A DNA stretch of 64,000 nucleotides from Candidatus Cloacimonadales bacterium (GTDB lineage: Bacteria; Cloacimonadota; Cloacimonadia; Cloacimonadales; JAIOQZ01): the NCBI GenBank assembly GCA_963665815.1, contig OY762463.1, positions 64,001-128,000 of the forward strand, given 5' to 3'. This document shows positions 10,342-21,101 of the stretch, piece after piece (the stretch's first letter is position 1; each line of letters starts with the position of its first letter). The position numbers were made by a program, and so were the translations under genes. The notes beneath the pieces are model-generated. The model was not told the origin of the DNA. It was given only the letters and a program-made list of their open reading frames with translations, and did not search any database.

Positions 10342-11460
10342 TTATCTGTTAAAGTATTCTTTTATGGTGTCGCAAACGTATCTAATCTGTTCTTCTGTAA
10401 TTTCAGGGAACATAGGCAGGGATACATTTCTACTTACAGTGTTTTCAGTAATCGGCAGGCTGCCTTTCTTGATATTCAGGTTAGCAAAGGCTTTTTGCAG
10501 GTGAACCGGCATTTTATAATGCAGGGCTGTTGCAATCCCTTTTGATTCCATGTATGCCATAAAGTCGTCTCGATTTTCCACAAGAATTACAAAGAGGTGA
10601 TATATAGGATCAATATTCTCTGGATTATATGGAAGCTGAATTTCTTTTACATCTGCCAGAAGTTCTTTATAGAGCTTTGCAGCTTGTTTTCTACTGTTGT
10701 TCCATTCATTAATGTGACGCAGCTTAATCTGCAGTGCAGCAGACTGCATAGCGTGCATTCTATGGGTTCTTCCCGGGAATTCATGAATATATTTCTCAAC
10801 AGAACCGTGATCTTTAAACATATCGCAAAATTCTGCAAATTCATCATTATTGGTTACAATTGCTCCACCTTCTCCGCAGGCACCAAGGTTTTTACCCGGG
10901 TAAAAGCTGTAGATAGTCGTGTCTGAGAACTCAGTTGTGGAACGCCATTTTCCATCAACTACAATACCTGAGCCGATTGACTGAGCAGCATCGTTGACTA
11001 TAATCAGATTGTGTTTATCAGCAATTTTACGAATTGTAACCAGATCAGCAGGTTGTCCGTAAAGGTTTACCGGCATAATTGCTTTTGTCGCAGGTGTAAT
11101 GTGCTTTTCTATTTCATTCGGATCAATATTCCATGTAGCGGGATCAATGTCTGCAAAAACAGGTTTTGCACCGGTAAAGTGAATACCTGCAACAGTAGCA
11201 ATAAATGTATTTGATGTTGTTACAACTTCATCGCCAGTACCAATACCTGCCGCTCTCAGCGCAATTTCTATTGCTGAAGTTCCTGAGTCCAGGGCAATTG
11301 CATGCTTTGTTCTGCTGAATTCAGCAAGATCAGCCTCGAACTCTTCTCCGGTCCTACCATGAACGAATTCGGTTCTGTTGTATAACTCTTCCCATTTGCT
11401 GAAGATTTCATTTTTCAGTTTTTCATGTTGGAATTTCAGTGTAACAAAAGGTACTTTCAT
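10342..11460 (-). CDS. DegT/DnrJ/EryC1/StrS family PLP-dependent aminotransferase
   Basis: SGTSA, DAAQSIG, SFYPGKNLGACGEGG. Confidence 0.93.
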   Translation of the reverse strand: MKVPFVTLKFQHEKLKNEIFSKWEELYNRTEFVHGRTGEEFEADLAEFSRTKHAIALDSGTSAIEIALRAAGIGTGDEVVTTSNTFIATVAGIHFTGAKPVFADIDPATWNIDPNEIEKHITPATKAIMPVNLYGQPADLVTIRKIADKHNLIIVNDAAQSIGSGIVVDGKWRSTTEFSDTTIYSFYPGKNLGACGEGGAIVTNNDEFAEFCDMFKDHGSVEKYIHEFPGRTHRMHAMQSAALQIKLRHINEWNNSRKQAAKLYKELLADVKEIQLPYNPENIDPIYHLFVILVENRDDFMAYMESKGIATALHYKMPVHLQKAFANLNIKKGSLPITENTVSRNVSLPMFPEITEEQIRYVCDTIKEYFNR

Positions 11461-11551
11461 ATCAACTCCATAGTTTTGTAATATGAATTATGTCTGAACA
11501 ATGACATAAGATTCAGTACTATAAAAAATAAACAAAAATACAGGTCAATCT

Positions 11552-12004
11552 ATATATTTCAAATTTTGGAATCCCCCCGTTTTTTCTTGAAAATCTGACT
11601 TCAAGAAAATTGGAAGGATTTTTAGCAGACATTTCTTAGAAAAATGCACTATTCATTTTCTTTGGTGCCAAAGAAAACGAAACAAAAGAAAATGGAGAAG
11701 TTGATGAAATTGTAAATTTCATCGAAAAGCACTCTTTTTAAAATGTATTTCCAGTAAACTGGAACCATAAATTTTTCCTGAAATCCTTCCAAGGCTTCAG
11801 GATTTCTTAACGGTTAAATTTATTATACAATAAAAAAGAGAAAATGCTATCATCAATGCAAAACAATCATACTTAGTTCAAAGCTATTACATTGATTCAT
11901 ATTTTCCACTGATTTACTGTTTCAATACTCTTATTTATAATAAGTTATACATACTTTGTATTTGGTTTTCGGGGGGGGGATGCCTAATATATTTCAAATT
12001 TTGG
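11552..12004. repeat. MITE-like structured intergenic element bounded by 18-bp direct repeats
   Basis: ATATATTTCAAATTTTGG at 11552-11569 and 11987-12004; inner ends ATC6G and CG9AT are inverted; at least five internal hairpins. Confidence 0.55.
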
Positions 12005-12069
12005 GTAAGATAAAAGAAAACCTGTCGAAGGTCTCAACAGGTTTAAGTATCATCAGAAAGTTATCGAAA

Positions 12070-12798
12070 CTATTTCATTCCATATTTCTCAAGAATTTTA
12101 TCGTAAGTACCGTTTTCTTTTATTGTTTTAAGACCTTTATTGAAATCGCTAATGATTTTTTTGGCATTTGGAATTGTTTTTGAAACAACTATATGAAGAT
12201 TATTCACCTGTAATGGTGGTTGAACGACATTAATCTTTGCGTATTGTTCCGGGAAATCCTGTTGGAGAATATGCAGCACAACCTCACGAGAGTTGGCAAT
12301 CAGATCAACGCGTTTGTTAAGAAGGAGTTTCAAGCTTGTTTTTGTGTCAGGACTAACCTCCTTGATAAGATATTCAGCTTTGTCAAATTCTTCAGTTGTA
12401 GAATAACCGCGGACAACACCGATCTTATAGTTTTTAAGGTCTTCCAGTTTTTTATACTTAATATTGTTTCCTTTTTGCTCAAAGAATACAACCTGAGTCT
12501 GAGTGATTGGTTCTGAATACTCAAAAATCTTAGCTCTGTCACTGTTGTAATAAGCTCCCATTAAAACCTGATAAGTTCCTCTTTCCGCTTCTGTGATAGC
12601 TCTTTTCCATGGCATCCAATTGTGTTGCAGGTCATGTCCGCTCGCTTTGAATGCTGCTTTCACTATCTGAGTCAGATAACCGTTGTCGGGGACTTTCTCT
12701 CCGTAGAATGGAGCCCATTCATCTGTTACAACGGTGTAAGTATCAGCAAATATGCTAAACGCAGAAACAATAAATAATACTGTCAGTAAATATTTCAT
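12070..12798 (-). CDS. Periplasmic substrate-binding protein (family 3 / PBPb-like)
   Basis: Signal peptide MKYLLTVLFIVSAFSIFA; WAPF, PWKRA, DFNKGLKTIKENGTYDKILEKY. Confidence 0.85.
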   Translation of the reverse strand: MKYLLTVLFIVSAFSIFADTYTVVTDEWAPFYGEKVPDNGYLTQIVKAAFKASGHDLQHNWMPWKRAITEAERGTYQVLMGAYYNSDRAKIFEYSEPITQTQVVFFEQKGNNIKYKKLEDLKNYKIGVVRGYSTTEEFDKAEYLIKEVSPDTKTSLKLLLNKRVDLIANSREVVLHILQQDFPEQYAKINVVQPPLQVNNLHIVVSKTIPNAKKIISDFNKGLKTIKENGTYDKILEKYGMK

Positions 12799-12918
12799 AC
12801 TATCCTCCGGTTTGTTTGAATTACAATACATAATATAAAAGAATATCACTCAGAAAGCAATGTAAATGCATAAAAAAAAGGTGTGTATAAAGCGATTTGT
12901 GAGCTTGTTTTTAAATTT

Positions 12919-13734
12919 CTATTTCTTAATTCTTAAAATAATGTGATTTAAGAAAAATGCTGTTCCAATAACAATGATAATTGTTGCACCGGGAGGAATA
13001 GCAAGAGTGTGGCTGAGGAAGAAACCGATAAGCATGAATATCAGAGTGAAAATTATACTCTTTATAATCATCTGGCGAGTATTTATTGAGTATGATTTGG
13101 CTATTGTTGAAGGCAGGGACAATAAGGCAACAACCATGATGATACCTACTACTTTCTGTAGTGCAACGATGGATATTGCAATAAGCACCATAAGCAGCAG
13201 ATAGTAGAATGTAACATTAATCCCTGAAATACGGGCATATTCCTGATCAAAACAGATAGCTACAAGTTTCTTGTAAAACGCTGCTATAAGGGTTATTGAA
13301 ATGATTGTTACAGTAAAAAGAATATACAGACTTTGTGAATTGACCAGCAGGAGATTCCCGAAAAGATATGACATTAGATCAACGGAATATCCGGGTGTAA
13401 AATTGATAAAAATTATCCCGATTGCCATTCCTATTGCCCAGAAAGAACTGATAATGCTGTCACTGATACTGCTATGGTTCAAAGTTACTAATCCGATTAT
13501 TACTGCTGAAATAAATGCGAATACAAATGCTCCAATGTATAAGTTAAGACTGAGGAAATTGGCGATACCAATTCCACCAAGGATTGCATGAGCTATGGAA
13601 CCACTCATCATTGTGATTTTCTTGTTGACTACAAATGTTCCGATCAAGCCGCATAGAACGGACGCAGCAAGTATGGAATACAAAGCATTTTGCATAAACT
13701 GGTAATGGATTACTGAATGAATGAAGTTTGTCAT
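12919..13734 (-). CDS. znuB: Zn/Mn ABC transporter permease
   Basis: AHAILGG, DLMSYLFGNLL, VVGIIMVVALL; hydrophobic. Confidence 0.85.
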   Translation of the reverse strand: MTNFIHSVIHYQFMQNALYSILAASVLCGLIGTFVVNKKITMMSGSIAHAILGGIGIANFLSLNLYIGAFVFAFISAVIIGLVTLNHSSISDSIISSFWAIGMAIGIIFINFTPGYSVDLMSYLFGNLLLVNSQSLYILFTVTIISITLIAAFYKKLVAICFDQEYARISGINVTFYYLLLMVLIAISIVALQKVVGIIMVVALLSLPSTIAKSYSINTRQMIIKSIIFTLIFMLIGFFLSHTLAIPPGATIIIVIGTAFFLNHIILRIKK

Positions 13735-13735
13735 A

Positions 13736-14464
13736 TTAAAGGTTACACCTGTGTTGAATCTGTTCTATAGTGTGATGATAGGTTTCTGCAATGTTTTCTA
13801 CTCTGATCTCGGAAGTGTTATGGACAGCAATATTTCTGTTTAAACACGCGACTCTTTTAACGAAACTGGATACAAAACTGATATCATGTGAAACAAGTAC
13901 AATGGTTTTTGATTCATTCAGCTCTCTAAGTGTTTCATAAATGGATTTCTCCGAACTGAAATCTACGCTTGCAGTGGGCTCATCAAGCAGGATAATTTCC
14001 GGATCACTGATAAGTGCACGACCTATGAGGACTCGTTGTTTCTGACCTCCGGATAATGAACCGAATCTGCTGAATCTCAGATCAGAAATCTTCAGCTTTT
14101 CCATAATATTATCCCTTCTGAACGCAATTTCCTTTTTCCCGATTGATGAAGACAGAACAGCTGATTCAAGGACATCCTGTACCTGAATAGGGAATGTATC
14201 ATCTATCTTGGAATATTGAGGGACATAACCAAACACACCGGAGCTTACTCTGTTCCGTCTTCCATTTACAAGGATTGATCCGGTGTCCGGCTTGAGAATA
14301 CCGAGCATCAGATTGAGCAGAGTTGTTTTACCTCCACCGTTTGGACCGATTATGCCCAGAAAATCAAGCTCAGGTATTTTTAGATTAATATCAGATAGTA
14401 CAGGTTTGTCTTTCAACCTATATGAGTAACTAACGTTACTGATTTCAATAATGTTTTTGCTCAT
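13736..14464 (-). CDS. znuC: Zn/Mn ABC transporter ATP-binding protein
   Basis: GPNGGGKT, LSGGQKQR, LLDEPT, VSHD. Confidence 0.88.
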   Translation of the reverse strand: MSKNIIEISNVSYSYRLKDKPVLSDINLKIPELDFLGIIGPNGGGKTTLLNLMLGILKPDTGSILVNGRRNRVSSGVFGYVPQYSKIDDTFPIQVQDVLESAVLSSSIGKKEIAFRRDNIMEKLKISDLRFSRFGSLSGGQKQRVLIGRALISDPEIILLDEPTASVDFSSEKSIYETLRELNESKTIVLVSHDISFVSSFVKRVACLNRNIAVHNTSEIRVENIAETYHHTIEQIQHRCNL

Positions 14465-15411
14465 TGGGTGAGTGCTTCCTTGAATATCCCGCTAATTTTA
14501 CTGATATTTTCCAGGTAATTATATGCAAGGGGATCAATTATAATGACTTTACCATCGATTTCTCCGGCAATACTTTTGGCGACAGATGAATCAAATTGCT
14601 TCTGTATGAAAATCACCTTAATATTGTTTTCTTTAAGCAGTTTGATAATTTCAGTAGTTTCTTTACTGTTGGGTGTTTTTCCTGAAATTTCTATTGGTAT
14701 CTGCTTCAGGTTGAAATCTCTGGCAAAATATCCCCATGATGGATGAAATACGGCAAAAGATCGTACTTCCAACTCTTCAAGATTGTTTTTTATTTCCAGC
14801 TCAATATCATTGATTTTTTTCAGGAAAGAATCGAAGTTTTTCTCATATATGTCTTTGTTCTCGAAATCTAATTCTATCAAGGAATTCAGTATTGTTTTAA
14901 GTTGAATTCTTACTAACTTAGGCGAAAGCCATATATGTGGATCAAGTTCTCCATGTTCATGCATATGTCCATTTGAATGATGATCGTGTTCTTCATGATC
15001 AACATTTTTTTCGTGATTATCAATATGATGATCAGACATAGCATCGATTATCTCTTCAAAGCTTTGCATGGGTTGTCGTTCAATTTCTTCATCAGTTGGA
15101 ACTACCTTTGTGCTTTTCAGCAATGCCTGAGCATTGTTGAGGAAGTTTTTTTCGTAAGGAACACCTATTGTAAAAAAAAGTGCAGCATCCTGCAATTTCT
15201 GGAACTGCTGTGGAGTAGGTTCATAAACTGCCGGGCTGTATCCCGGCTTAACCAGAGTTTCGACATTCCATAGATCACCGGTTATCTGTTCAACAAAATA
15301 CTTTTGCGGAAGTATACTCACAAATATTGTTTTATTATCTGAATGCACTTTTTTTGTGCAGCCTGTGACTGTAATAAGAGTTACCAGTAAAACTAATCCG
15401 AGTTTTCGCAT
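14461..15411 (-). CDS. znuA: Zn ABC transporter substrate-binding lipoprotein with His-rich loop
   Basis: Lipobox-like VTGC, His-rich loop, DPHIWLSP, FHPSWGYFA. Confidence 0.88.
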   Translation of the reverse strand: MRKLGLVLLVTLITVTGCTKKVHSDNKTIFVSILPQKYFVEQITGDLWNVETLVKPGYSPAVYEPTPQQFQKLQDAALFFTIGVPYEKNFLNNAQALLKSTKVVPTDEEIERQPMQSFEEIIDAMSDHHIDNHEKNVDHEEHDHHSNGHMHEHGELDPHIWLSPKLVRIQLKTILNSLIELDFENKDIYEKNFDSFLKKINDIELEIKNNLEELEVRSFAVFHPSWGYFARDFNLKQIPIEISGKTPNSKETTEIIKLLKENNIKVIFIQKQFDSSVAKSIAGEIDGKVIIIDPLAYNYLENISKISGIFKEALTQ

Positions 15412-15839
15412 GATTCACACACTCCTTTGATTACAAGATTTATGTCTTCTATGTTAAAATTATTCAATTGAGAAAACAGGGAGAATGTTTCCCTTATGCT
15501 GAATGGAGCAAGACAGATAACTTTTCCGCATTTCCTGCAGAAAAAGTGCGAATGAGAAGGCATACTGTTCAGTGACAGACCATAGTAGTGTTCACCTGCT
15601 ATACTGCTGATTTCCTTAATGACACCAATACGGCTCAGTATTCCGATAAACCTGTATATTGTTGATTGATCAATATCACTGATATTTTTATCTTCCTGCA
15701 AACTATTTGCAATTGCATCGGAAAGCATCTGAACAGAAAAACATGAATGAAGATCTAATATATGCTCTACAATAAGCTGTCTTTTCTCGGTATACCTGAT
15801 CTTATTTTCTCTTAAAATATCTATTATTTCTTTTTTCAT
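15393..15839 (-). CDS. zur: Fur-family regulator, probably Zur
   Basis: STIYR helix, HSHFFCRKCG, CESC; first gene of the znu operon; start uncertain. Confidence 0.75.
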   Translation of the reverse strand: MKKEIIDILRENKIRYTEKRQLIVEHILDLHSCFSVQMLSDAIANSLQEDKNISDIDQSTIYRFIGILSRIGVIKEISSIAGEHYYGLSLNSMPSHSHFFCRKCGKVICLAPFSIRETFSLFSQLNNFNIEDINLVIKGVCESCENSD

Positions 15840-15858
15840 GATGACAATATACATAAAA

Positions 15859-15873
15859 TGCAAATGGCTTGCA
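15859..15873. promoter_or_regulatory. Putative Zur/Fur operator TGCAA-N5-TTGCA
   Basis: Palindrome ~20 bp upstream of the zur-znuACB operon start. Confidence 0.5.
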
Positions 15874-16067
15874 AGAAAATTGTTTCGATAAACATGATAA
15901 ATTTACTAAATTTAGACATGGTACAGAATATGGGGTAGACTCACATTAATAAACACAAGTTACCATATTAACAATCATTATGAATAATAAACTATACAAA
16001 ATAATCATAGATTCTTATAAAAGAAAAGAAGATAAAAAAGAATGAAATTGAAATATGATTACTTGCA

Positions 16068-16747
16068 GTGTTTCAAAAGTTAATACAAGAAGTATTGTCT
16101 AAACTTGTTACTTTGGTACACGAAGAAGGGGAAAATATGAGAGACTGTTTGTTTGATGAAACCCCAATAGAAGATCTTACAGGTGATTTTGAAGGCGGTA
16201 AGATTCTTGACTATATAGGTAGACATAAAAGAGATCAAAGATTAGTTAATCTGTTTAAGAATAGTTCCTTAAATTTCATAAAAGATAAATATTATGGATA
16301 CGTTTCGAAAGATGAAACTGTAACAATAAAGTTATCTAAAGATTCGTATGGTAGTTATATATGTATTAGAAAAGGATTTAAGAGAAAAGTAACTGGCAAT
16401 GTCATTCTGGAAAATATACTTTCATGTAATAATCTTAAATACTCAAAATACAGGAATGAATACTTTGTATCTTACAAGAATTATAAATTAAATATAAATA
16501 TGAAGAATAATAATGAAATTGATTCATTGATTATCTATCTAAGGAATCTTTTTCTGTCAAAAAACTTAATGTGAATAATGTTGTTGTTAATATTGAGTCA
16601 AAATCTACAGTCGAAGGATATCAAGTAGAATTATATCCAGTAAATTCATCAAACGATGGAAAAGTAGAAGTCAGTGCAAATCTTTCTTTTAAAGATTCAG
16701 AAGAAAGCGATTATGCAATTGTTGTTTATAGAAAACCGATATATTAA
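16068..16747 (+). pseudogene. Internally deleted, frameshifted paralog of the two downstream repeat proteins
   Basis: GDFEGGKILDYIGRH domain is shared with the paralogs; 16529-16747 is nearly identical to 18809-19028 but lacks one G (AAGGAATC vs AAGGGAATC). Confidence 0.75.
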
Positions 16748-16757
16748 GGAAAAGTAA

Positions 16758-19028
16758 ATGAGTAAAAAAGAATCTATGAAATTCAGAATATTTAATGTTA
16801 AGAAATCTATTGTTGCAATTATTTTCCTTATAGCTTTTTCAGTGATAAGCATTTCAGCAAAAGAGAATATAGAACAATACACTTTTGATGAATTAGTTGA
16901 ATTGTTAAACAAAAATCAAAAGGATTCTGTAGTAAAATCAGTTTTAAAAAATAGAAACTACAAATTCAAATATGACAAAAAAAACAGGTTTTGGACATCA
17001 GAGAAAAAAGGTGTCAGAATCGGGGTAAATAGTAGTAAACGAGTGATAAAAGTAGAATTCTCATTCCGTTCTTTTGGAGAAAAATATTCAGGTGATTTAC
17101 CCAAAGAAAGCAATGAAAAAACATTGATGGAGAATTTTGACTGGTATAAAGACAGTAAAACCAAATACCATACAAAATATGAAAATAATCTTCTGTTCAC
17201 TTTAAATGTGATGTATGGTAACGACAATAACACTTTGCTGAAACACCTTACTGTAGAAAAATCTTATGAAGAATGGGTAAATCGTCCTCCAATGCAGAAT
17301 TTTGCTGTTGATGATAGAAATCCTGCCGACATAGAAGGTGATTTTGAAGGTGATAAGATTCTTGATTATATCGGACGGCATATTAACGATCCGGTTTTAG
17401 ATGATTTATTAAAATACAGTCCGCTTGAATTTACTCAAAATAGGAGTGGAACTTATACAAATAAAAAAAGGAATGTATATATATTCTTTTCAAAAGAGAT
17501 GTTTGTAAATGAGATAAGAATTGATAAAGGCTTTGAAAATTTGGTCCCCGGAAATATAAAATTTGAAAATCTTCTTTCAAACAAAAATTGGGATTATCCA
17601 AACACTTATAATTCTTATGACATCAAATATAAAAACTATTTATTTTCTATTAAGAAGTTTCCTAATAATGCTATCAGATGGTTGAAAATTACACCCACAG
17701 AATTTACCAAAAAAAAGGGAGAAGCAATAGTTTTGGTATCAAAATTCGAAAGTATAAAATTGGAAGGAGATGTTTTTCTTCAATTGTTAGGTTTATCTAT
17801 CAAAAGCAAATTTGTAGAATATTTACTGGAAAAATACAATTTTACTAAAAATGGAGAAACATATTACAAATCAGAGTCTCTGGGAGTTTCTATCTTTGTA
17901 AGAAGAAAATCTAAAGCAATAAAAGAAATTTCTGCAAACAATAGTGATGGAGCTTATTTCAAAGGAACTCTTCCATATAATCTTACATTCGATTCATTTC
18001 TTGATGGAAGTGACTTAGAGTTTAGGAAAACAGATTATGCTTATGAGGCTTTTAAAGATGGATTTAAAACCTATGTGGCTTCAGATGATGGAAAAAATGT
18101 CGAGTTTATTGCTTTTTCAGATAATTATAATCCACTTGCATCAGACAGAATTTCTCACTCAATTGATGAAAAAGAATATAAGAATAAGAAAATTGAAGGT
18201 GATTTGCTCTTGAATCTGATTGGAGAAAGTGTTTACGATAACTTCGTTGATTTTTTATTTGATGAATATAAGTTTGAAAAAGGGATAGCACATGGATTTG
18301 AAGAAGTAAATGATCAGTATGATTCAGAATCACTAGGACTATCCTTCTTAACAAGCAAAAAAACAAAAGTAATTGAGAGAATTGTCATCAAAAATACTGA
18401 AGAAGGAAAGTTTGTGGGTAAACTTCCTTTTGATATTAAAATGGATTCATTTTTGTCAAATACTAGTGTTAATTTCCAAAAGATTAATGATATTTATGGT
18501 GCGAAAAAGTATGGTTATCTATTCTTGGTAAACTCAAATGATGGGAAAAAGGCTGATCAACTTCTGTTCCAAAGTATTGTAGAATCAGATAAACCAAATA
18601 CTGTTGCAGAAAATTTAGACTCAGACTCAAATTCAAAAAATACAACACCTCAAAATATAGATCATTTAATTCGTGAATTTGCCAGTAGTTTAAATGTAGA
18701 AGGCTGGTATTTAGTTACAAAGAAGATTGATAGCTCAATTAAAGGTGTTAATAATTATTATTCAAGTGTTGAGTTTGGCTCTTGGTCAAACAATTTATAT
18801 ATCATTCAGATTATCTATCTAAGGGAATCTGTTTCTGTCAAAAAACTTAAAGTGAATGATGTTGTTATTAATATGGAGTCAAAATCTACAGTCGAAGGAT
18901 ATCAAGTCGAATTATATCCAGTAAATTCATCAAACGATGGAAAAGTAAAAGTCAGTGCAAATCTTTCTTTTAAAGATTCAGAAGAAAGCGATTATGCAAT
19001 TGTTGTTTATAGGAAACCAGTTTATTAG
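16758..19028 (+). CDS. Secreted hypothetical protein with about four ~130-aa internal repeats and a conserved C-terminal domain
   Basis: Signal peptide-like N-terminus; repeats of the type EGD.LL.LIG.S...F.G.LP. Confidence 0.75.
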   Translation: MSKKESMKFRIFNVKKSIVAIIFLIAFSVISISAKENIEQYTFDELVELLNKNQKDSVVKSVLKNRNYKFKYDKKNRFWTSEKKGVRIGVNSSKRVIKVEFSFRSFGEKYSGDLPKESNEKTLMENFDWYKDSKTKYHTKYENNLLFTLNVMYGNDNNTLLKHLTVEKSYEEWVNRPPMQNFAVDDRNPADIEGDFEGDKILDYIGRHINDPVLDDLLKYSPLEFTQNRSGTYTNKKRNVYIFFSKEMFVNEIRIDKGFENLVPGNIKFENLLSNKNWDYPNTYNSYDIKYKNYLFSIKKFPNNAIRWLKITPTEFTKKKGEAIVLVSKFESIKLEGDVFLQLLGLSIKSKFVEYLLEKYNFTKNGETYYKSESLGVSIFVRRKSKAIKEISANNSDGAYFKGTLPYNLTFDSFLDGSDLEFRKTDYAYEAFKDGFKTYVASDDGKNVEFIAFSDNYNPLASDRISHSIDEKEYKNKKIEGDLLLNLIGESVYDNFVDFLFDEYKFEKGIAHGFEEVNDQYDSESLGLSFLTSKKTKVIERIVIKNTEEGKFVGKLPFDIKMDSFLSNTSVNFQKINDIYGAKKYGYLFLVNSNDGKKADQLLFQSIVESDKPNTVAENLDSDSNSKNTTPQNIDHLIREFASSLNVEGWYLVTKKIDSSIKGVNNYYSSVEFGSWSNNLYIIQIIYLRESVSVKKLKVNDVVINMESKSTVEGYQVELYPVNSSNDGKVKVSANLSFKDSEESDYAIVVYRKPVY

Positions 19029-19034
19029 GAGTAG

Positions 19035-20843
19035 TTGAAAATGATAAAAAAAAGATTTCGTGGATATAGAATTTGCAGTAAAAATATAATAACCATAATT
19101 TTTTTGTTCTTTCAACTATTCTTTGTAGAATGCTTAGTAGCAAAGAAATATGTTGAACAATATACTTTTGATGAGTTTGTAGAACTGATTGGTTTGAAAA
19201 AAGGAGATTCTCATTTAAAATCTGTAGTTAAAAATAAAAACTATAAATTCAAATATACGAAGAAAAATCGATCTTGGAAATCCAAAAAGAAGGGGGTGAA
19301 AATAGAACATGATGAGAACAATATAGTTGATAAAATTATTCTTTCAGGTAGCTCATATGGAGAAAAATACACAGGGGATCTTCCTAACTCTTGTACTTCT
19401 GAGAATATTCTGGATTCCTTTGATTGGTATAGATCGAAAAAACTAAAATATTATACTTGTTACAAAAAGGATTATCTAATAACTTTATTAGCAAATGAGA
19501 GATACAACGGTACAAAAATTTATGGTTTTGAAATAAAAAAAATGGATATAGATTGGGTTGAAAAACCTGCTTTGCGTGATTGTAATTGTGATGATACTCC
19601 ACCTGATGAATTGACTGGAGATTTTAAGGGAGACAAAATCCTTGATTATGTTGGACGTCATGAATCTAATCCAATTGTAAAATCACTATTGGTGGATAGT
19701 TCTTTGAATTTCGAGAATAAGGGAAATGGTGATTATGTTTCAAAAAATAGAAGTGTGATAATCAAATTCTCTGATGATTACAATGTTAAATCAATCACGA
19801 TAAAAAAAGGGTTTAACCGGTTAGTTCCAGGGAACATTGAATACAAGAATCTATTATCCTGCAGGAACTGGGAATATACAAGAGGATACAATTACAGTGA
19901 AGTTAATTATAAAGGTTACTTACTTTCAATTTACAGGTCAATGAACAATGATATAGAAAAACTGGTTATCACTCCAGCTGCTTATAATGCAAAAAAAGAT
20001 AAACAGTTAATTGCTAAACAGAAATATAAAGACACTAAAGTAGAAGGTGATTTGCTGATGAATTTGATTGGAGAAAGTATTTACGATGACTTTGTTGATT
20101 ATTTATTTGATGAATATAATTTTGCAAAAGATAAAAACCAATTTGAATCTAAAGCTTTGGGATTGACTCTGATCACTGATTCTAAAACAAACAGAATAGA
20201 TAAAGTTCTAATGGTAAACACACAGGAACAGCAATTCGAAGGTAAACTTCCATATAATCTCAAGTTTGATTCATTCTTTACGAGCTCTAACTTGAACTTC
20301 ATGAAAATAGATGATTATTACGCAGCAACCAAAGATAATTATCTTTTTATTGCAAGTACTAGCGATGGAAATGAAGCCGATTATTGTATGATTCAGAAAG
20401 CTCCACAATCAAAAACTGTTGCAAAAAAAAAAGAAACATATTCAAAAAAAACAACTCCCCAAAAAATAGAACATTTAATCCGTGAACTTGCAAGTAGTTT
20501 AAGTGTAGAAGGATGGTATTTAGTTACAAAGAAGCTTGATAACTCAATTAAAGGTGTTAATAATTATTATTCAAGTGTTGAGTTTGGCTCTTGGTCAAAT
20601 AATTTATATGTTATTCAGATTATTTATCAAAGGAAATCTGTTTCTGTCAAAAAACTTAAAGTGAATGATGTTGTTATTAATATGGAATCAAAAGATACAA
20701 TGGAAGGGTATCAAGTAGAATTATATCCAGTAAATTCATCAAATGATGGAAAAGTAAAAGTCAGTGCAAATCTTTCGTTTAAAGATGCTGAAGAAACTGA
20801 TTACGCAATTGTTGTTTATAGGAAACCGATATCTAAAAGATGA
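19035..20843 (+). CDS. Paralog of 16758-19028 with one fewer internal repeat
   Basis: Shared EQYTFDE.VEL N-terminal segment, GDKILDY.GRH domain and near-identical C-terminal ~125 aa. Confidence 0.75.
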   Translation: MKMIKKRFRGYRICSKNIITIIFLFFQLFFVECLVAKKYVEQYTFDEFVELIGLKKGDSHLKSVVKNKNYKFKYTKKNRSWKSKKKGVKIEHDENNIVDKIILSGSSYGEKYTGDLPNSCTSENILDSFDWYRSKKLKYYTCYKKDYLITLLANERYNGTKIYGFEIKKMDIDWVEKPALRDCNCDDTPPDELTGDFKGDKILDYVGRHESNPIVKSLLVDSSLNFENKGNGDYVSKNRSVIIKFSDDYNVKSITIKKGFNRLVPGNIEYKNLLSCRNWEYTRGYNYSEVNYKGYLLSIYRSMNNDIEKLVITPAAYNAKKDKQLIAKQKYKDTKVEGDLLMNLIGESIYDDFVDYLFDEYNFAKDKNQFESKALGLTLITDSKTNRIDKVLMVNTQEQQFEGKLPYNLKFDSFFTSSNLNFMKIDDYYAATKDNYLFIASTSDGNEADYCMIQKAPQSKTVAKKKETYSKKTTPQKIEHLIRELASSLSVEGWYLVTKKLDNSIKGVNNYYSSVEFGSWSNNLYVIQIIYQRKSVSVKKLKVNDVVINMESKDTMEGYQVELYPVNSSNDGKVKVSANLSFKDAEETDYAIVVYRKPISKR

Positions 20844-20874
20844 ACTTATTAACTATCTTTTTAACCTTCACTCT

Positions 20875-21060
20875 TATAAAGTGACACCCAAGAGTACATA
20901 GGCCACATATAGCATCTTGCTTTTTTAACTTTTAATTTATTAGCCATTTACACTTATTTTACAACGCTTTTGCGGTATTCCGCAAACGCGATAGCGACCA
21001 TATTGAATTGAAATTCGAAAAAACGATTAGCAAAAACGCTTAGACGCAGAACCGCAACAG
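20875..21060 (+). repeat. Left end L1 (outer copy)
   Basis: First 27 bp identical to 22889-22915; similarity to 22889-23255 continues apart from a ~170-bp indel. Confidence 0.85.
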
Positions 21061-21101
21061 CTATTTATAAAAATTCTGAAACCATAAAACGATTTATTAA
21101 T

